From: Octopus sinensis
Lineage: Eukaryota
DNA: 64,000 nt
Reading direction: 5' to 3'
Assembly: GCF_006345805.1 (NCBI RefSeq)
Contig: NC_043008.1
Coordinates: 17,670,001-17,734,000, forward strand
The notes under the pieces are model-generated. The model ran no database searches. It saw only the letters and a list, made by a program, of their open reading frames with translations, and was not told the origin of the DNA. The translations under genes were made by a program, and so were the position numbers. Positions 50,166 to 64,000 of the stretch are shown piece after piece. Positions within the stretch are counted from its first letter, which is position 1. Every line of letters starts with the position of its first letter.

Positions 50166-52950
50166 ACGTTGTTATACCTCAGCGTTTTATTTGTATTTAT
50201 ATGTCTGTCCGTGCGAGTGTGTATGTTTGTTCGTGTATGTTGGTCTGTATACTTATGTATACGCCCACACAGCAAACACGTGGATGCAGGCTTGAACAAG
50301 TCTGTCTAAGTACTTTTTTTCCCTAAATATTTAAGAAAATAGTTTCATCAGAGTATTTATGAATACATTTACCTTCTTAAAATCTCTAGGTTAAAAGCAA
50401 AACGTCTAGTAATGTGTTCAGATACGTTAAATACGTTATATAATTTTTGTCTTTTATTTTAAGTGATTCTATTATAAATGTCAAAGTAATTGGAACTTAA
50501 CTGATAGAAGCAAAATAAAATAAAAAAAGTTCTTGTCAAAATATATAAAGTTATGGATAGAGAGTTTAATCGTATTTTAGTGTGCTTTAGCTTGTGCGTG
50601 AGTATGTGTCTCTGTCTGAGAGCCGCTTGGTCGTTCATATGTATTGCTATGTGTATGTGGAATGTTGGACAGATACATATTTTGATAGACAGAAACATTT
50701 TATATTTTAGAATGTATTCTATGAATGTATCCCCAGTATATAAATTTATTGAATAATATATGGATGAAATGATTAATTTATAGATGAATGAATAAGTGCG
50801 CTTATTGATAAACATTTAATCTAAATAAATTGATGTAAATAAATTGATATCTTGATTTTATAAATACTTAATAGTATTTTTTTCTGTGTTGTCAGAGGAG
50901 GGGTGTAGTGGAGCTATATTAATCTGAACAACAAATTGGTGGTATTCAAAATGAATTTATTTGTTCGTCTGTGGATGTGCGCACGCTTGTATGTCTATAA
51001 TGAAAATTCAACTACTTATTTATGCATGTTTGATTAAATATATGACAGGAAATCTTTATCCAATTTATATCGCTTTTACTTTCCAGCATCACGTCAATCT
51101 GGTAATTACTATCGGCGAATTCTCCGTCGTTTTCTACGATGAGTATTCAGTAGGTATATCAATGGAATTTTCCTTTTAAGAATCAGCTTAAATATAGTTG
51201 AGTATTCCACAACCAAGTGTACAGTTAACGCAAATACCCACAAGTGTACATTCCTGAGTGATGTCGTTGAACTTCGATCAATTGAGATTCTGTAAGAAAA
51301 GAGTTGAGAAATCTTCCCTTGAGTTTTGTTGAGTCTAAAAATCAACAAAGATATAAGCATTTTCAATTGATTAAAATTCTACGTTTCTGTGACAATATGG
51401 CGGGATTGCAGGGATTTTTGAATAGCAGATACCATTTCAAAAATAGGAAGAACGACACACAGTGAGAAGGTGAGGACATCAGAATCGACAGACGAAGAAT
51501 TGCTTTCGTACTTTACTTATTGGTATTGAGGTTTACGGAATTTGGACTCAGACTGCAGAATGCCCAAACAAATTATGCTAGGCACTTTATCTGATAATCT
51601 AAAGCTTCCGTGATGTTGTTAAAAATTTCGATCAATTGAGACTAGGCAAGAAAATAGTTGACAAAACTTCTCATGTATCTTTATAAGATCTGAGAATCAA
51701 CAGGTAACTATTCTCACTAGAACAAATTCGACAAATTAGTAGATAAGCTTGTAAAATAGTAAGTGGGATATATGTAACGATGTCACTAAGAGTGAAGGAA
51801 GACACTTTCCCAAAGTGCCATAAACTCGGACATTTTATTTTGAATAATAAATGTATTTTTATGATTGGAGAACTCTATAGATGCTTCAAGCTATCGGTTC
51901 ATCAACATGCCGATTGAGCATGGACCCGTGTAATTTTGCAGCACAACTGTTGCATATTTTACATGACTCTAAGAGATACGCGGTCCTTTTGCCGAGTATC
52001 CTTTCTCAGGAAACATAAACATAAATGCTAATCTTCGCCAGATCCCTGAAATATTCAATCACCATTAATTAATAAACAATATTATATCAAATTGGCGACT
52101 CAGTCATCGCTATTTCCGGAAACAGAATGAGGTATGTGCATCATTGAAGTGGTTAGAATAACATTAAAATCCGTACATCGCTTGTATTTATTAGAAAAAG
52201 ATATCGTTTATTTTTACTTTTACTTTTGCCTGCACTCACATTACTATTTAAAAATTTAGCGTTCCGTGTATTAAATATTCTATCCGCCACATCTATTTTT
52301 TGAAATAGGCTTTCAAAGCTCCATCTACTTAACACGATAAACACATGAAAAGAGGATCGGAACTACGTGCAGTGGACATTTAGGGCAAAAATCTGATATA
52401 ATTGAGATAATATAAAGTTTTGTTTCATGACAAAATAAACATCAAGCACTAACATCTCACGATAAATCAATGCGTAAATAACATTTTTATGAGGTGTCTT
52501 GACAAAAGCCAACCTCATCCACGCTATAAGTAAACTCTAACCTGTGATATGCTATCTATAGATAGATGTTCCTTGTTTTATGTTATTCTCTAAATACAAA
52601 AATATGTTCAATATCGATTGAATAACCACTGGAACTTACTTTTGTCAGTTGGCATTATATTGATACAGAAAAATATTAGACGAAGGTGAGAAATATATAT
52701 GTGTATTGATATGCATTTATATATATATATATAACATATGTATACGTATGCATTCATCTGTATGTATGTATATGCCTGTGTGTGCGAGTATGTGTAAAGC
52801 GATTGTGCATGGGAAAGAAAAGGTAAGAAAAAATGAGCATCTTCTGAAGTTCAAAAGGCAGATCGATTGCTGGTAAGATATGCGAAAATAATATTCAGTT
52901 GAATAGATCTTTGGTGTTGTGCAAAAGATAAAAAGAAAAACAAAATAGAC

Positions 52951-53075
<125 letters not shown>

Positions 53076-54309
53076 ATATATATATAAAGAGAGAGAGAGA
53101 GAGAGAGAGAGAGTATGAGAAAGAGAGAGATGGAGAGATAGAAGGAGGGAGAAATAAATTTAGAAGGCGGAGAGAAAATATGTTTTAACATAAAGTGCCG
53201 CAAGGAGCTGTAAAATATGGTTGCATTTAGGATGTTGCGTTCGGGGATTTTGTTTATGTAAGTTATTTGACTATTGGAAATATTCACTGTGCACTAAACG
53301 ACCTCGTTGAATTCCTACTTAACTCCAATACGATTCAATAAGATCTGCTGCTGGCAATAATATTTCCTTATGCAAAATACATTGAATAGCAACTAATACA
53401 GTATCTATTCAATGAAATGTCTAAATAACACTTGCAAAGAATTAAACTTAGGAATACCATACACATTCACTCCTCTTTTATTTTCTATATAGTAGTAAAA
53501 TGTGAAATTTATTGCTGGGCGTAAGGGTGGAAGATTATTGAGAATTTCCTGGCCTTTTCAAGGACACTAATAAATAAACTGAGTAGATATGGTCAAAAAC
53601 GAGACTATTTCCTTTTCAGTTTCAACAACGTCAATTTTATGTCATTAACCGATCGAAATGTATCGATCGAAACTTATCGAGTGGCTCTCGGGTTGATCCT
53701 TCAATAAGAGGTTAGTGGTTCACACATAAGAGCTATTTATACAATACGACTAAATATATATATATATTCAATATACGAATGTGAACTGATAATTCATTCA
53801 CATATTGTTGTCATTTAGGAATAAAAAAAAAACGTGTGCCTTTGTATAAAGACCAGTCGCGTATCCTTTTATGTTGTGATTATATAAAATTGTGCATTGA
53901 AACTACTCCGCTATCTACTGATGAGACAATATACACAATTTCAACGAAATTTGCCTGCTATATATGGGATGAAGGCCGGCCAAGTAGAAGCGTATATTTT
54001 CGCTACTTTCCAAAGTTGTTCTTGTCTGAGGTAACATGAAATTATTTCAGCAGAGCATGAAGTCTTGAATTATCCTTCTTTTCAACTACTGCATAATCTA
54101 AACAATGGTCTGGATATTAGTAGTAAAGTGCAATATTCGGTATGTTAACAAGAGGTAACTGATGTCTATGATGTGCATTTGTTTCTAATCTATGGTAAAT
54201 ACATACCTATGTTTATGATTGAAGTCTCATAAAACAGCCATTTTTTTTGTGTGAGCGCGTTTGTGTTTGTGTGTGTATGAGAATTTGCGTGTGCGTTCCG
54301 TTATCACAA

Positions 54310-54526
54310 CTCTTATTATTTCAGTCATTTGAATTTGGTCATTCTGAAGCAACGCCTTTAGTCGAACAAATCGACTCCATGACTTATTCTTTATAAGCCA
54401 AGTACTTATTTTATCGTTCTCTTTTGCCGAACCACTAAATTACGGGGACGTAAACACACCAACATTAGTTGTCAATGATGGTGTGGGGACAAAAACAGAC
54501 ACACAAATATATAAATATATGTACAG

Positions 54527-54557
<31 letters not shown>

Positions 54558-54717
54558 CAGGCTTCTTTCAGTTTCCGTCTACGAAATCCACTCAAAAGGT
54601 ATTAATCGGCCCATTGCTATAGAAGACATACTTTGCTAAGGTGCCACGCAGTGGGACTGAATCCGGAACCATGTAGTTACAATGTAAGCTTCTTACCACA
54701 CAGCCACGTTTGCGCCT
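54310..54717 (-). mobile_element. SINE family A
   Basis: Reverse complement colinear with 5420-5828. Confidence 0.88.
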
Positions 54718-56833
54718 AATATGCTCATTTCGCTTGCTAAATCACTTTTCTGTGGTTATTGCTGTAGTGTGTCGTTCAGGAACGTAAAATTATAGAAATT
54801 TTAAGCTGGAAACCTCAAAACAATAACATTAATGATAAGTTGAATGAGAGAAAATCATGTCAATAACGTCGGCTAGCTGTATAGCTATACGGGTAGTTAT
54901 ACAATATCGTAAATTACATGACTGGTTTCCTCTTCTCCTTTGTAAGGAAAAAAAGAAATTAACTCAAGGTATTGCTTTGAAGATAAGTCAGCGTCGCGTC
55001 AAAACGAAATCACGAACAGGTTATAATTTTATGGATAAATATTTGACATTGAAGGGAAGTCATTGTAACATGTTATATCTCATTAAATACTTACCCATTT
55101 TCTGTCAATATTTCTCTATTTATTATATTTACAATCTATTATTTTCACAGCAGTGTACTTCAGATAATCGAAAATAAGGTATAAATAAAAGACAGCACGC
55201 ACTTATTTCCTTATAATATCATTTAATCGTTCTCTGTCAATTCTTGTAAAACAGCTTTAATCAAACCGGACTCTTTAAGTCACATCTGTCACTTTTCGTT
55301 AGTAACAGAATATAGAGCTGACATTATTAAAGAATTTAGCTGTAAAGAATACGGTCCGTTTTAGTTGTTCGTAACAAAATCGCCGAGATATGAACGCATT
55401 TTCCCTCGCACCTAAATTGAACGTCAGCTTATAGGAAACCTGTCACTTGCAATGCCTCTTGTGACAGGACTTATAATCTCTGTTTAATGTTTTAAGTATT
55501 GATTTATCTGTACCAGGGCTTAGTATCAGTAATTTCTGCAAAAATGCAGTTTTACTTCTTTTAACAATAGAGTTCAGTTACATTCTTAGATTTATCAGTG
55601 TCAGAGCTGGTATCTTTTAAACAATGTCAAGGTAAAATTTTATAATAACGTGCTTTTCGGTATATCATTAATATGTGCATATGAATAGCTTTCATTAATG
55701 CTCTGTTTGTGTCGTATAGTTGTACATGAATAGAAGTGAGTAGAAAACCTTGGAAAAACGATAAATGTTTTTACGATTATAATTCCTTTGAGAAAATATA
55801 CATTAATTGAAATGAATTACTAGGATATCAGCTATCAATAAACCTCGCTAGTGAATTTCATATTATGCAATATATTAAATAGATAGAATTAGATTAGAAA
55901 ATATAAAGTTATCAAGAATTTATAGTTTACACTGATTGAAAAATTTACCGCGTCTTTTTGTAAAATATTATCGTAATACATGGTGTCATTGAGTAAAATG
56001 TTCGTTCCAAATGAAAAACGAAACAGAATATTTGAATTTATTATTTGGTTTCCATTCTTGTTGATGTAATATCATTTGATGAAGCTAATTGTTTTATCCA
56101 GGGTAGGTCATTGTGACAATAATGTACAGAGGTACAGGTTCTGGTTTTCTCTTTTTATAAGTCAATTTGTTAACTATTTAATATGTTAACTAATTGATTT
56201 GCTTAATTGTTGGGCGAATGAAGGCGAGTTGTTAATTGGTTAAATGCCTAAATAGACTAATAGAAATAAAACAAACGAAATGGATCTAAGTACGTGTTCA
56301 TTATTGCTATAATGACCGTCCCGATGTACAAAAATAAAAATGTACTAAATTGTTTTGTATATAGTCTTGTTTTTACAGAATTATTCAATCTTATTACACA
56401 TCCAAGAATGGCTCTTGAAATAATATTACAATTTACTTTACGTAACAATAAAATATATAATAAGAAAATGGTAAACCGCAACAGCTTCGAAGGGATGTCT
56501 AGTAAATATGTCAGTGTGAATTGCCCTTCAGGTTACGTGTAGAATCTATCGATTGAAATAATTTGTTTACATCCCCGAGATACGGAAAAATATATTACAT
56601 TTAAATAATACTTTATTTAAGTAGAATAAGAGAGATCAAAAGCAATTATACGTAAACGACCTCACATATGGATATATGCATAAAAAATACGTATAGTGAC
56701 TCACACAAACTCATATGCAGACATAAATATACACGAATTCCATCACATAATATAGACTTTGAAGAGAGATACGAACGTAGGTACTCTCTCTCTCTCTCTC
56801 ACACACACTCACACGCACATGCGTCTTATATTT

Positions 56834-56864
<31 letters not shown>

Positions 56865-56948
56865 CACACATATATATATGCACACGTATATATGCATACC
56901 TATATGTAAATGAATATATAAATATATATGTGCATACAGATATATATG

Positions 56949-57012
<64 letters not shown>

Positions 57013-57055
57013 CGGTTGGAATGACAAATAAGAACGTAAAATATAGATATATATG

Positions 57056-57100
<45 letters not shown>

Positions 57101-57416
57101 TATATATATATAATATATATAGAAGCGGTTGGAATGACAAATAAGAACGTAAATATTGTCTGAAATAAAATATATGTTCACAATTTCAGAAACATATAAC
57201 TAAAAAGAAACGTAACAGAAAATAAAATTTTAATCTAAAACACACCTTTTCTTTCTTAACTTCTACAGGAATGTCCTTAAAGGCAACCTTATATATCGCC
57301 GTATTACTTTTCTTTCTTCCACTATAAATTTATTCATATCCCTCCAACCCTATGCTGTTTCCTATTTTTCCATCTTCTCCGCAGAAATTATAATATTTAT
57401 TCAGAAAATTCACGTG

Positions 57417-57582
57417 AGGCGTAAAAGTGGCTGTGTGGTAAGTAGCTTGTTTACCAACCACATGGTTCCGGGTTCAGTCCCACTGCGTGGCACCTTGGGT
57501 ATGTGTGTCTTCTACTATAGCCTCGGGCCGACCAAAGCCTTGTGAGTCAATTTGGTAGACGGAAACTGAAAGAAGCCCGTCG

Positions 57583-57668
<86 letters not shown>

Positions 57669-57880
57669 TGTGTGTGTTTGTGTGTCTGTGTTTGTCCCCC
57701 TAGCATTGCTTGACAACCGATGCTGGTGTGTTTATGTCCCCGTTACTTAGCGGTTCGGCAAAAGAGACCGATAGAATAAGTACTGGGCTTACAAAAAAGA
57801 ATAAGTCCCGGGGTCGAGTTGCTCGATTAAAGGCGGTGCTCCAGCATGGCCGCAGTCACATGACTGAAACAAGTAAAAGA
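57417..57880 (+). mobile_element. SINE family A, full length
   Basis: Very similar to 5420-5828, with a longer internal TA run. Confidence 0.9.
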
Positions 57881-58064
57881 AAAAATATACTTAATCCTTG
57901 TGATAGACCTGTATATAGAGTAGTATCTAAATGAGCATATTCGCATGTAAACATGTATTTATATGTTTATATTCCTATCATTGTACATTGTGTATGAGTG
58001 TGTGTGCGTGTTTGTATGTGCATGAGTGTATGTTTGTGTAAATGTATACATATGTATATGTCTT

Positions 58065-58855
58065 GCAGACAACTTGCACATGAAAGTTCTACCAGTCGAG
58101 AACTCCGTATACCGGAAGCCAGCATGTGTATGGGGTCATCAGGAGAGAATGCGCGCCGTTTCGGTGCCTCTCGAAGGTATCAATTCGCACTTCTCACTGG
58201 TATGAGGCTCCGCTTGCTAGGTTAACTGGTAATTTAAAGATAGCTCAATATGCCTCTAGCTATCGCTCATTGTCTCTTTTAAACCAAATCCAGTGGCTAG
58301 CCTTCTCCACTGTAGTTTGGATACCGGTCATGGTGGTATTCACTTTACGATGATTTAGGTCTAACGATAACAACAGTCGTCTCATATTGTGTCCAACAAA
58401 TCCTCTACATCTGACTTCGATTGGAAAATGCTCCGCATTCCAGCCTGCGTCTTAACATTCCTCGAGGAGGTTTACAGAACGGTCAATCTTTCAAGCCCAA
58501 GCGGCGTCCATGTTATCTTTCTGAGGAACCGTCAACTCGACTAAATTTACAACTTTCTTTCTTTCACACCACATTAAAATGTCCGGTTTTTTTCGTAATC
58601 GAGATTGGAAAGAGTCCCTGGCGCCCCGGTAAATCTGCAGTCACCTCCCAAGATGTCATCAGTCTCTGTTTCTGCTTTCCACATCCTGGCTGTTTCCACC
58701 TCTGGTGGGTTACGCCTGATTTCCATGTCCTTCGATTCTCTCAGCATCATTACCGTCCGTATCTTCCCCAGTTTATATATTTCTACTAATGATGCTAGTG
58801 GTAACTGCAACGAACCTCTTTTACAATAAAGAACTGAACTGTTCAACATCATAGT
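58065..58855 (-). mobile_element. HERO-like restriction-endonuclease non-LTR retrotransposon, 3' fragment with internal deletion
   Basis: LQLPLASLVEIYKLGKIRTVMMLRESKD..TARMWKAE; PDILMWCERKKVVNLVELTVP; GWNAEHFPIEVRCRGFVG; followed by a GC-richer 3' UTR. Confidence 0.8.
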
Positions 58856-59255
58856 TAGGTACTTTCAACAGTTTTTTCTCACTTTTGTTAAGATCAATTT
58901 GATTCGTTATAACATTGAAGATAACTTTAAGGACCAGATTATGTCCCCATGTATACCTGTTCAGTGCTTATGAACAGTTGGAAAGAATATGTTTACATAT
59001 ATTCACACACTTATACAACTCTGAATATATTTCAGTATCATAAATATCCATAATTCCACTAAATGCATTGGTTTATATCCTTAAAATTGTATGTATAACT
59101 CTTTCTCTATATCGACGTTAAATTATACAAAACTGTAATATAGAGTTTCAAGCATGTGCAATTATCAATTACATTTGGTTGGTTGGGAGTAGTAACGTAA
59201 TTTCTATGCTAGATTTTGTTGACGAACTTGATTTACAGAGATGATTTAATTGCAG

Positions 59256-59876
59256 TACGAGCGGGTGCTGAAAATATTTTGGCTTTAAGATTATTACGAA
59301 AGGCCTAGATGGATACCCAACCTTCTGAGTTCGTTTTTAGGGCTTAGAGAACACCGAATAGCCGTGGCCATAAGTGCGTGAATCTGAGAGGAGTGTATAT
59401 TGAATAAAGTCACAATTCTCTTTCTCTTTCTCTTTTACTTGTTTCAGCCATTTGACTGCGGCCATGCTGGAGCACCGCCTTTAGTCGAGCAAATCGACCC
59501 CGGGACTTATTCTTTGTAAGCCTAGTACTTATTCTATCGGTCTCTTTCTTGCCGAACCGCTAAGTGACGGGGACGTAACACACCAGCATCGGTTGTCAAG
59601 CAATGCTAGGGGAACAAACACAGACACACAAACAAACACATATATATATATATACATATATACGACAGGCTTCTTTCAGTTTCCGTCTACCAAATCCACT
59701 CACAAGACATTGGTCGGCCCGGGGCTATAGCAGAAGACACTTGCCCAAGATGCCACGCAGTGGGACTGAACCCGGAACCATGTGGTTGGTTAGCAAGCTA
59801 CTTACCACACAGCCACTCCTGATATTCCTGAATTTTCTTTTACTCAAAGCCAAGAACGTTTCAGCGCTCCTCCATA
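59256..59876 (+). mobile_element. Mariner MITE interrupted by SINE A
   Basis: TACGAGCGGGTGCTGAAAATATTTTGGCTTT and AAAGCCAAGAACGTTTCAGCGCTCCTCCATA form diverged TIRs; internal KCVNLRGVYIE* is a mariner C-terminus. Confidence 0.8.
59417..59821 (-). mobile_element. SINE family A nested in a mariner MITE
   Basis: Reverse complement of family A. Confidence 0.9.
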
Positions 59877-60485
59877 TATTTGAACGTCAATATTTTCCTT
59901 CAGTCTCGAATAATGTATCAGGTCTTTCGAATTATTAAATCAAAGAAATGTTTTTAAAAATCCTCTTAGTTATAAAAGCAGTTGGATTAAATACTAAGAA
60001 TTAAAAATAAATCTGATTTCATCCCATGTAGAAATATTAAAGTTAAAAACAAAAATCCAATAAAGTGACAGTATCCATTCGGTTATCACTGAGCTGAAAA
60101 AAAACCCCAATGTACGTGGCTAGATTTATACCTTTCAGTAAAATATTAGGCATCCTCCAAAGTAATAAATATGAATTTCCCTCTGTTCAATATACAGGGA
60201 ATATTTACAAATTTTATAGCAAATCTACACAAAGAATGTTCGCACTACAAATTGATAAGAGAGACACGCTTGCAAAAAACATCAGTTTCCCTTAAATCTC
60301 ATGATATCGCCTTAAAAGCAGAGGAAAGATATTTGATAATCTATTCTTAGTTTCATTATTCTGTCAAGAACGATAAAATGGTCACAGGTAGAATGTTCCT
60401 GATGGTAGTTGTACAGATGTTGAATTAGCTTGGGTCAAAGGTTTATGATATTAAATTTCTTAAAGCATCGTCAAAATTTTTTAAT

Positions 60486-61321
60486 TCTTTTATTTGCTTC
60501 AGTCATATGATTGCGTTCATGTTCGAGTACAGCCTTAAAGGGGTTTTAGTCGAAGCACTTGACCCCAGGACTTTTCTTTGTAAGCTCAGTACTTATTCTA
60601 TCGAACTCTTTAGCCAAACCACTAGGTTACGGATATATAAACACAGTAGCATCGGTTTTCAAGCGATGGTGAGTGGACAAACACAGATGCAGACAAAGAC
60701 ACATAGGTACATACATATAAATTTATGACGGGCTTCTTTCAGTTTCCATCTACGAAATCTACTCACAACGATTTCGTCTACCCGAGGCCGTAGGAGAAGA
60801 CACCTGCTCAAGGAGCCACGCAATGGGACTGAATCCGGAACCATGTGGATGTGAAGCAAGTTCCTTACCACAGAGCCACGTCTGCACCTACTCTTTTACT
60901 CTTTTACTTGTTTCAGTCATGTGACTGTGGCCATGCTGGAGCACCGCCTTTAGTCGAGTAAATTGACCCCTGGACTTATTCTTTGTAAGCCTTGTACTTA
61001 TTATATCGGTCTCTTCTGCCAAACAGCTAGGGTTACGGGGACATAAACAAACCAGTATCGGTTGTCAAGCGATGTTGGTGGTGGTGGTGGGAACAAACAC
61101 AGACACACAAACACACACACTCACACACATAAATATATATACATATATACATATATACGACGGGCTTCTTTCAATTTCCGTCTACCAAATCCACTCACAA
61201 GGCTTTGGTCGGCCCGAGGCTATAGTAGAAGACACTTGCCGAAGATGCCACGCAATGGGACTGAACCCAGAACCATGTGGTTGGTAAGCAAGCTACTTAC
61301 TACACAACCACTCCCACGCCT
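60486..61321 (-). mobile_element. Two abutting SINE family A copies (older 60486-60889, younger 60890-61321)
   Basis: Both colinear with family A; joined head-to-tail at about 60889. Confidence 0.88.
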
Positions 61322-62625
61322 ATTAATTATCTTAAAATAAAACTTTATTGCTTTGGGGAAATCATTACCTTAATGTTAATAACATATGCATTGACTCAAT
61401 CCCAATTAATAGATCATTTGGTTAAACTGTCAGCCGTTTGTTTTACTTTTTTTTATCTTCAAAGTCTTTTCATTGCCAATTGCAAACTTTTCGGTGACTT
61501 CTCATTTTGCCCGTGTTATTAATATTGTTGTAATGATTCAACCTAGATACAAAAAAAAATGTTTCAACACACGAACTCACATAAAGAATCATTCAAAACA
61601 AAAACAATAACAAAAAGTTTAAATAAAATCCTTCACCTAAACAATACAGAAATTGTGTCACTCAATCTCATTTAACCCCACTGAAAATTCTAAATACTTA
61701 TGCCTATGTAAAAACTCATTATTCTCTTAATCGAAAAAATCTCATTAATTTTGTTTTAAAAAATGGCTTATAATATTATATTGTAAAAATAATCGCGGGT
61801 TAAAACCTCTAAAAAGAACATGTTTATAAGAATGTTTTATGATTTGCCATAGCTTTTTTAAAAATATTTTTGGTGCTTTTTATCCAACCTAATTTTCCTA
61901 CGACGGTGTAGGTTTCAGAGCAATTGCACGAAAATAATTATAGTAATTCACTCTAGAATCATACAGAATTCGTGGAAGAAGTCACGATATTTCCTTCTCC
62001 CGGAACGCGCAATGTTTCTATATATCAACAAAACCACAAATTATTTTATAACACTAGAATTTTTTTTGCATGGAATTAATTAGTTCATTTACTCTTTGCT
62101 CAGATACGTAATTACCAAAAATTTCAACAGGCTATATCTTTCATTTCTCTATTATAGATTTCAGCTAATATTGCGTTATCTAATATCTTTGAGGGTTTCA
62201 CGTACACAAAAACAAAAACTGTTCGAGTTGAATTAACATGCATTCATTCTTTTTCCTGTCTGCTTTAGTTTGTGATAAAACAAACGTATCCTTTCGGGAA
62301 ATTCAAAATATTGCACAAATATGGAACCAAAAATGAAAGTAAGGTCAACAGGTTGGGTTTGGAACCACATGTCTTGTAGTTCAGTATTACTATACGAAAT
62401 CTAGGGTAACTGAAACCTGCCCAGCACATTAGTCGGCTCGTTCATTAATAGTACTAAACATCAAGTAATTGTGCGTAATCGTGTATTATGCACATACATA
62501 GACACACATACACAAAACATACCCATACTCACACTCACGTAGTGCACAAGGTTCCTTCAACGGTGCTTCGTCCGATTTATATAATTCTAGCTTAAATAGA
62601 CAAAGTTGTACGCATATGTATATAT

Positions 62626-62659
<34 letters not shown>

Positions 62660-62860
62660 AAAGAGATGAGCTGTAATTGGACATCCATTATGATAGAAAA
62701 AGATCCGCTGTCGTCTTACCACCAAGAAAGGAATGTTCTCAAGAAAACTTAGCAAACGCCAGAACGTAAGCAAACAAGACAAATGAAAAGATACAAAATA
62801 TAGATAAATCACAAACCACATTTTAGTTGTTAATGTATTACGTAATCATCCGCAAAATAT

Positions 62861-62913
<53 letters not shown>

Positions 62914-62943
62914 GCAGCGTACGTATACTTTTGGTTTCCTATG

Positions 62944-63087
<144 letters not shown>

Positions 63088-63209
63088 ATATTATATATAT
63101 ATATATATATATTTATAAAATATTATTAGAGACAAAACCACTATTTTGCAAAACAAACAAGGAAAGACTTAATCAATACATAAAATTTTAATAAATAGTC
63201 AAATATATA

Positions 63210-63313
<104 letters not shown>

Positions 63314-63332
63314 TATATATATATGTAATATA

Positions 63333-63494
63333 TCCGAGTTTCGGATGCTGAGGTGGATTTTCACCACGGCATCCGAAACTCGGAGTTTTATCTTGGCTAC
63401 CGAATAATTGTCACATATTACATTTACAGATAACTTCCTCTATTTACATAATATCGAGGTCTCTTTCTTGCTTTTGTTATCTTACCGTTTGTAT

Positions 63495-63497
<3 letters not shown>
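63333..63497 (+). mobile_element. Penelope-like remnant starting with a 52-nt hairpin (hammerhead 3' half plus inverted copy)
   Basis: TCCGAGTTTCGGATGC/GCATCCGAAACTCGGA 16-bp perfect stem; GAAA CTC-G-GAG TT; between TA runs. Confidence 0.6.
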
Positions 63498-63526
<29 letters not shown>

Positions 63527-63531
<5 letters not shown>

Positions 63532-63935
63532 GCTGTGTGCCGAGTGATATTGTTGTAAAATTTGTGTATTTGTGATCACGTGTATACTGTAGTCTGCGAT
63601 TTCATCATGGAGTAGTTGGAACAAAGAGTCATCGTGAAATTTTGCGTTAATATTTGGAAGTCTGCTACAGAAACATCGACCATGCTCGGCAACATTACAG
63701 TGAGGTGACAATGGTTCATACGCAATCTTTCGAGTGTCACAGGTGCTTCAAACAGGGGAGGAGAACCCCTGGAAGATGGTGAGCGACCTGTAAGACCAGC
63801 TACGAGCGTCAACCCCCGGGAATTTGGAGAAACTTTATCAGCTTTATACATAAGGGTCGGAGGTGGACAATTAATGACATTGCTGATGTTTTTGGCCTCT
63901 CGTATGTGTCCATATGGGCAATTCTAACGTCTCTG
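63527..63935 (+). mobile_element. Mariner transposase N-terminal relic
   Basis: ME*LEQRVIVKFCVNIWKSATET...FECHRCFKQGR..LEDGERPVRPATS...RRWTINDIADVFGLSY from ATG 63607; frameshifted. Confidence 0.85.
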
Positions 63936-64000
63936 TCAAGTTTTCCCCCGTCTGCTGACCACTGAGCAGAAAGAACGTGACATCGATGTATGTCGCTCAT

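Noticed and set aside
51087-51145. Acceptor followed by SRQSGNYYRRILRRFLR*
   Set aside because: Short, with no partner exon or homology; cannot be supported.
51970-52045. Minus-strand TTTCAG acceptor as a terminal exon
   Set aside because: All frames stop within about 25 codons.
53913-53965. CTGATGA...GAAA match
   Set aside because: No convincing stem II or stem III.

Overview
AT-rich eukaryotic DNA, almost certainly intergenic or intronic. The SINE families and TA/TATG/TTA/AGT microsatellite load resemble an octopus (cephalopod) genome; this is an inference from repeat content. No intact protein-coding gene is supportable, and nearly all ORFs in the track are microsatellite or repeat translations. 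The window is a mosaic of four tRNA-headed SINE families, decayed non-LTR retrotransposons (R4/Dong-like, HERO-like, CR1/L2-like), decayed Tc1/mariner-superfamily transposases (DD41D, DD37D, mariner, pogo/Tigger, possible Tc1), MITEs and a non-autonomous Helitron. It also holds many short Penelope-like remnants carrying minimal type I hammerhead ribozyme motifs. Most notable: (1) a hammerhead with an intact core inside a 76-bp fold-back at 23378-23684, plus several related motifs, three in fold-back arrangements; (2) one SINE head/body joined to four different 3' tails; (3) local duplication/inversion rearrangements. All alignments and folds were done by eye, so boundaries are approximate unless stated.
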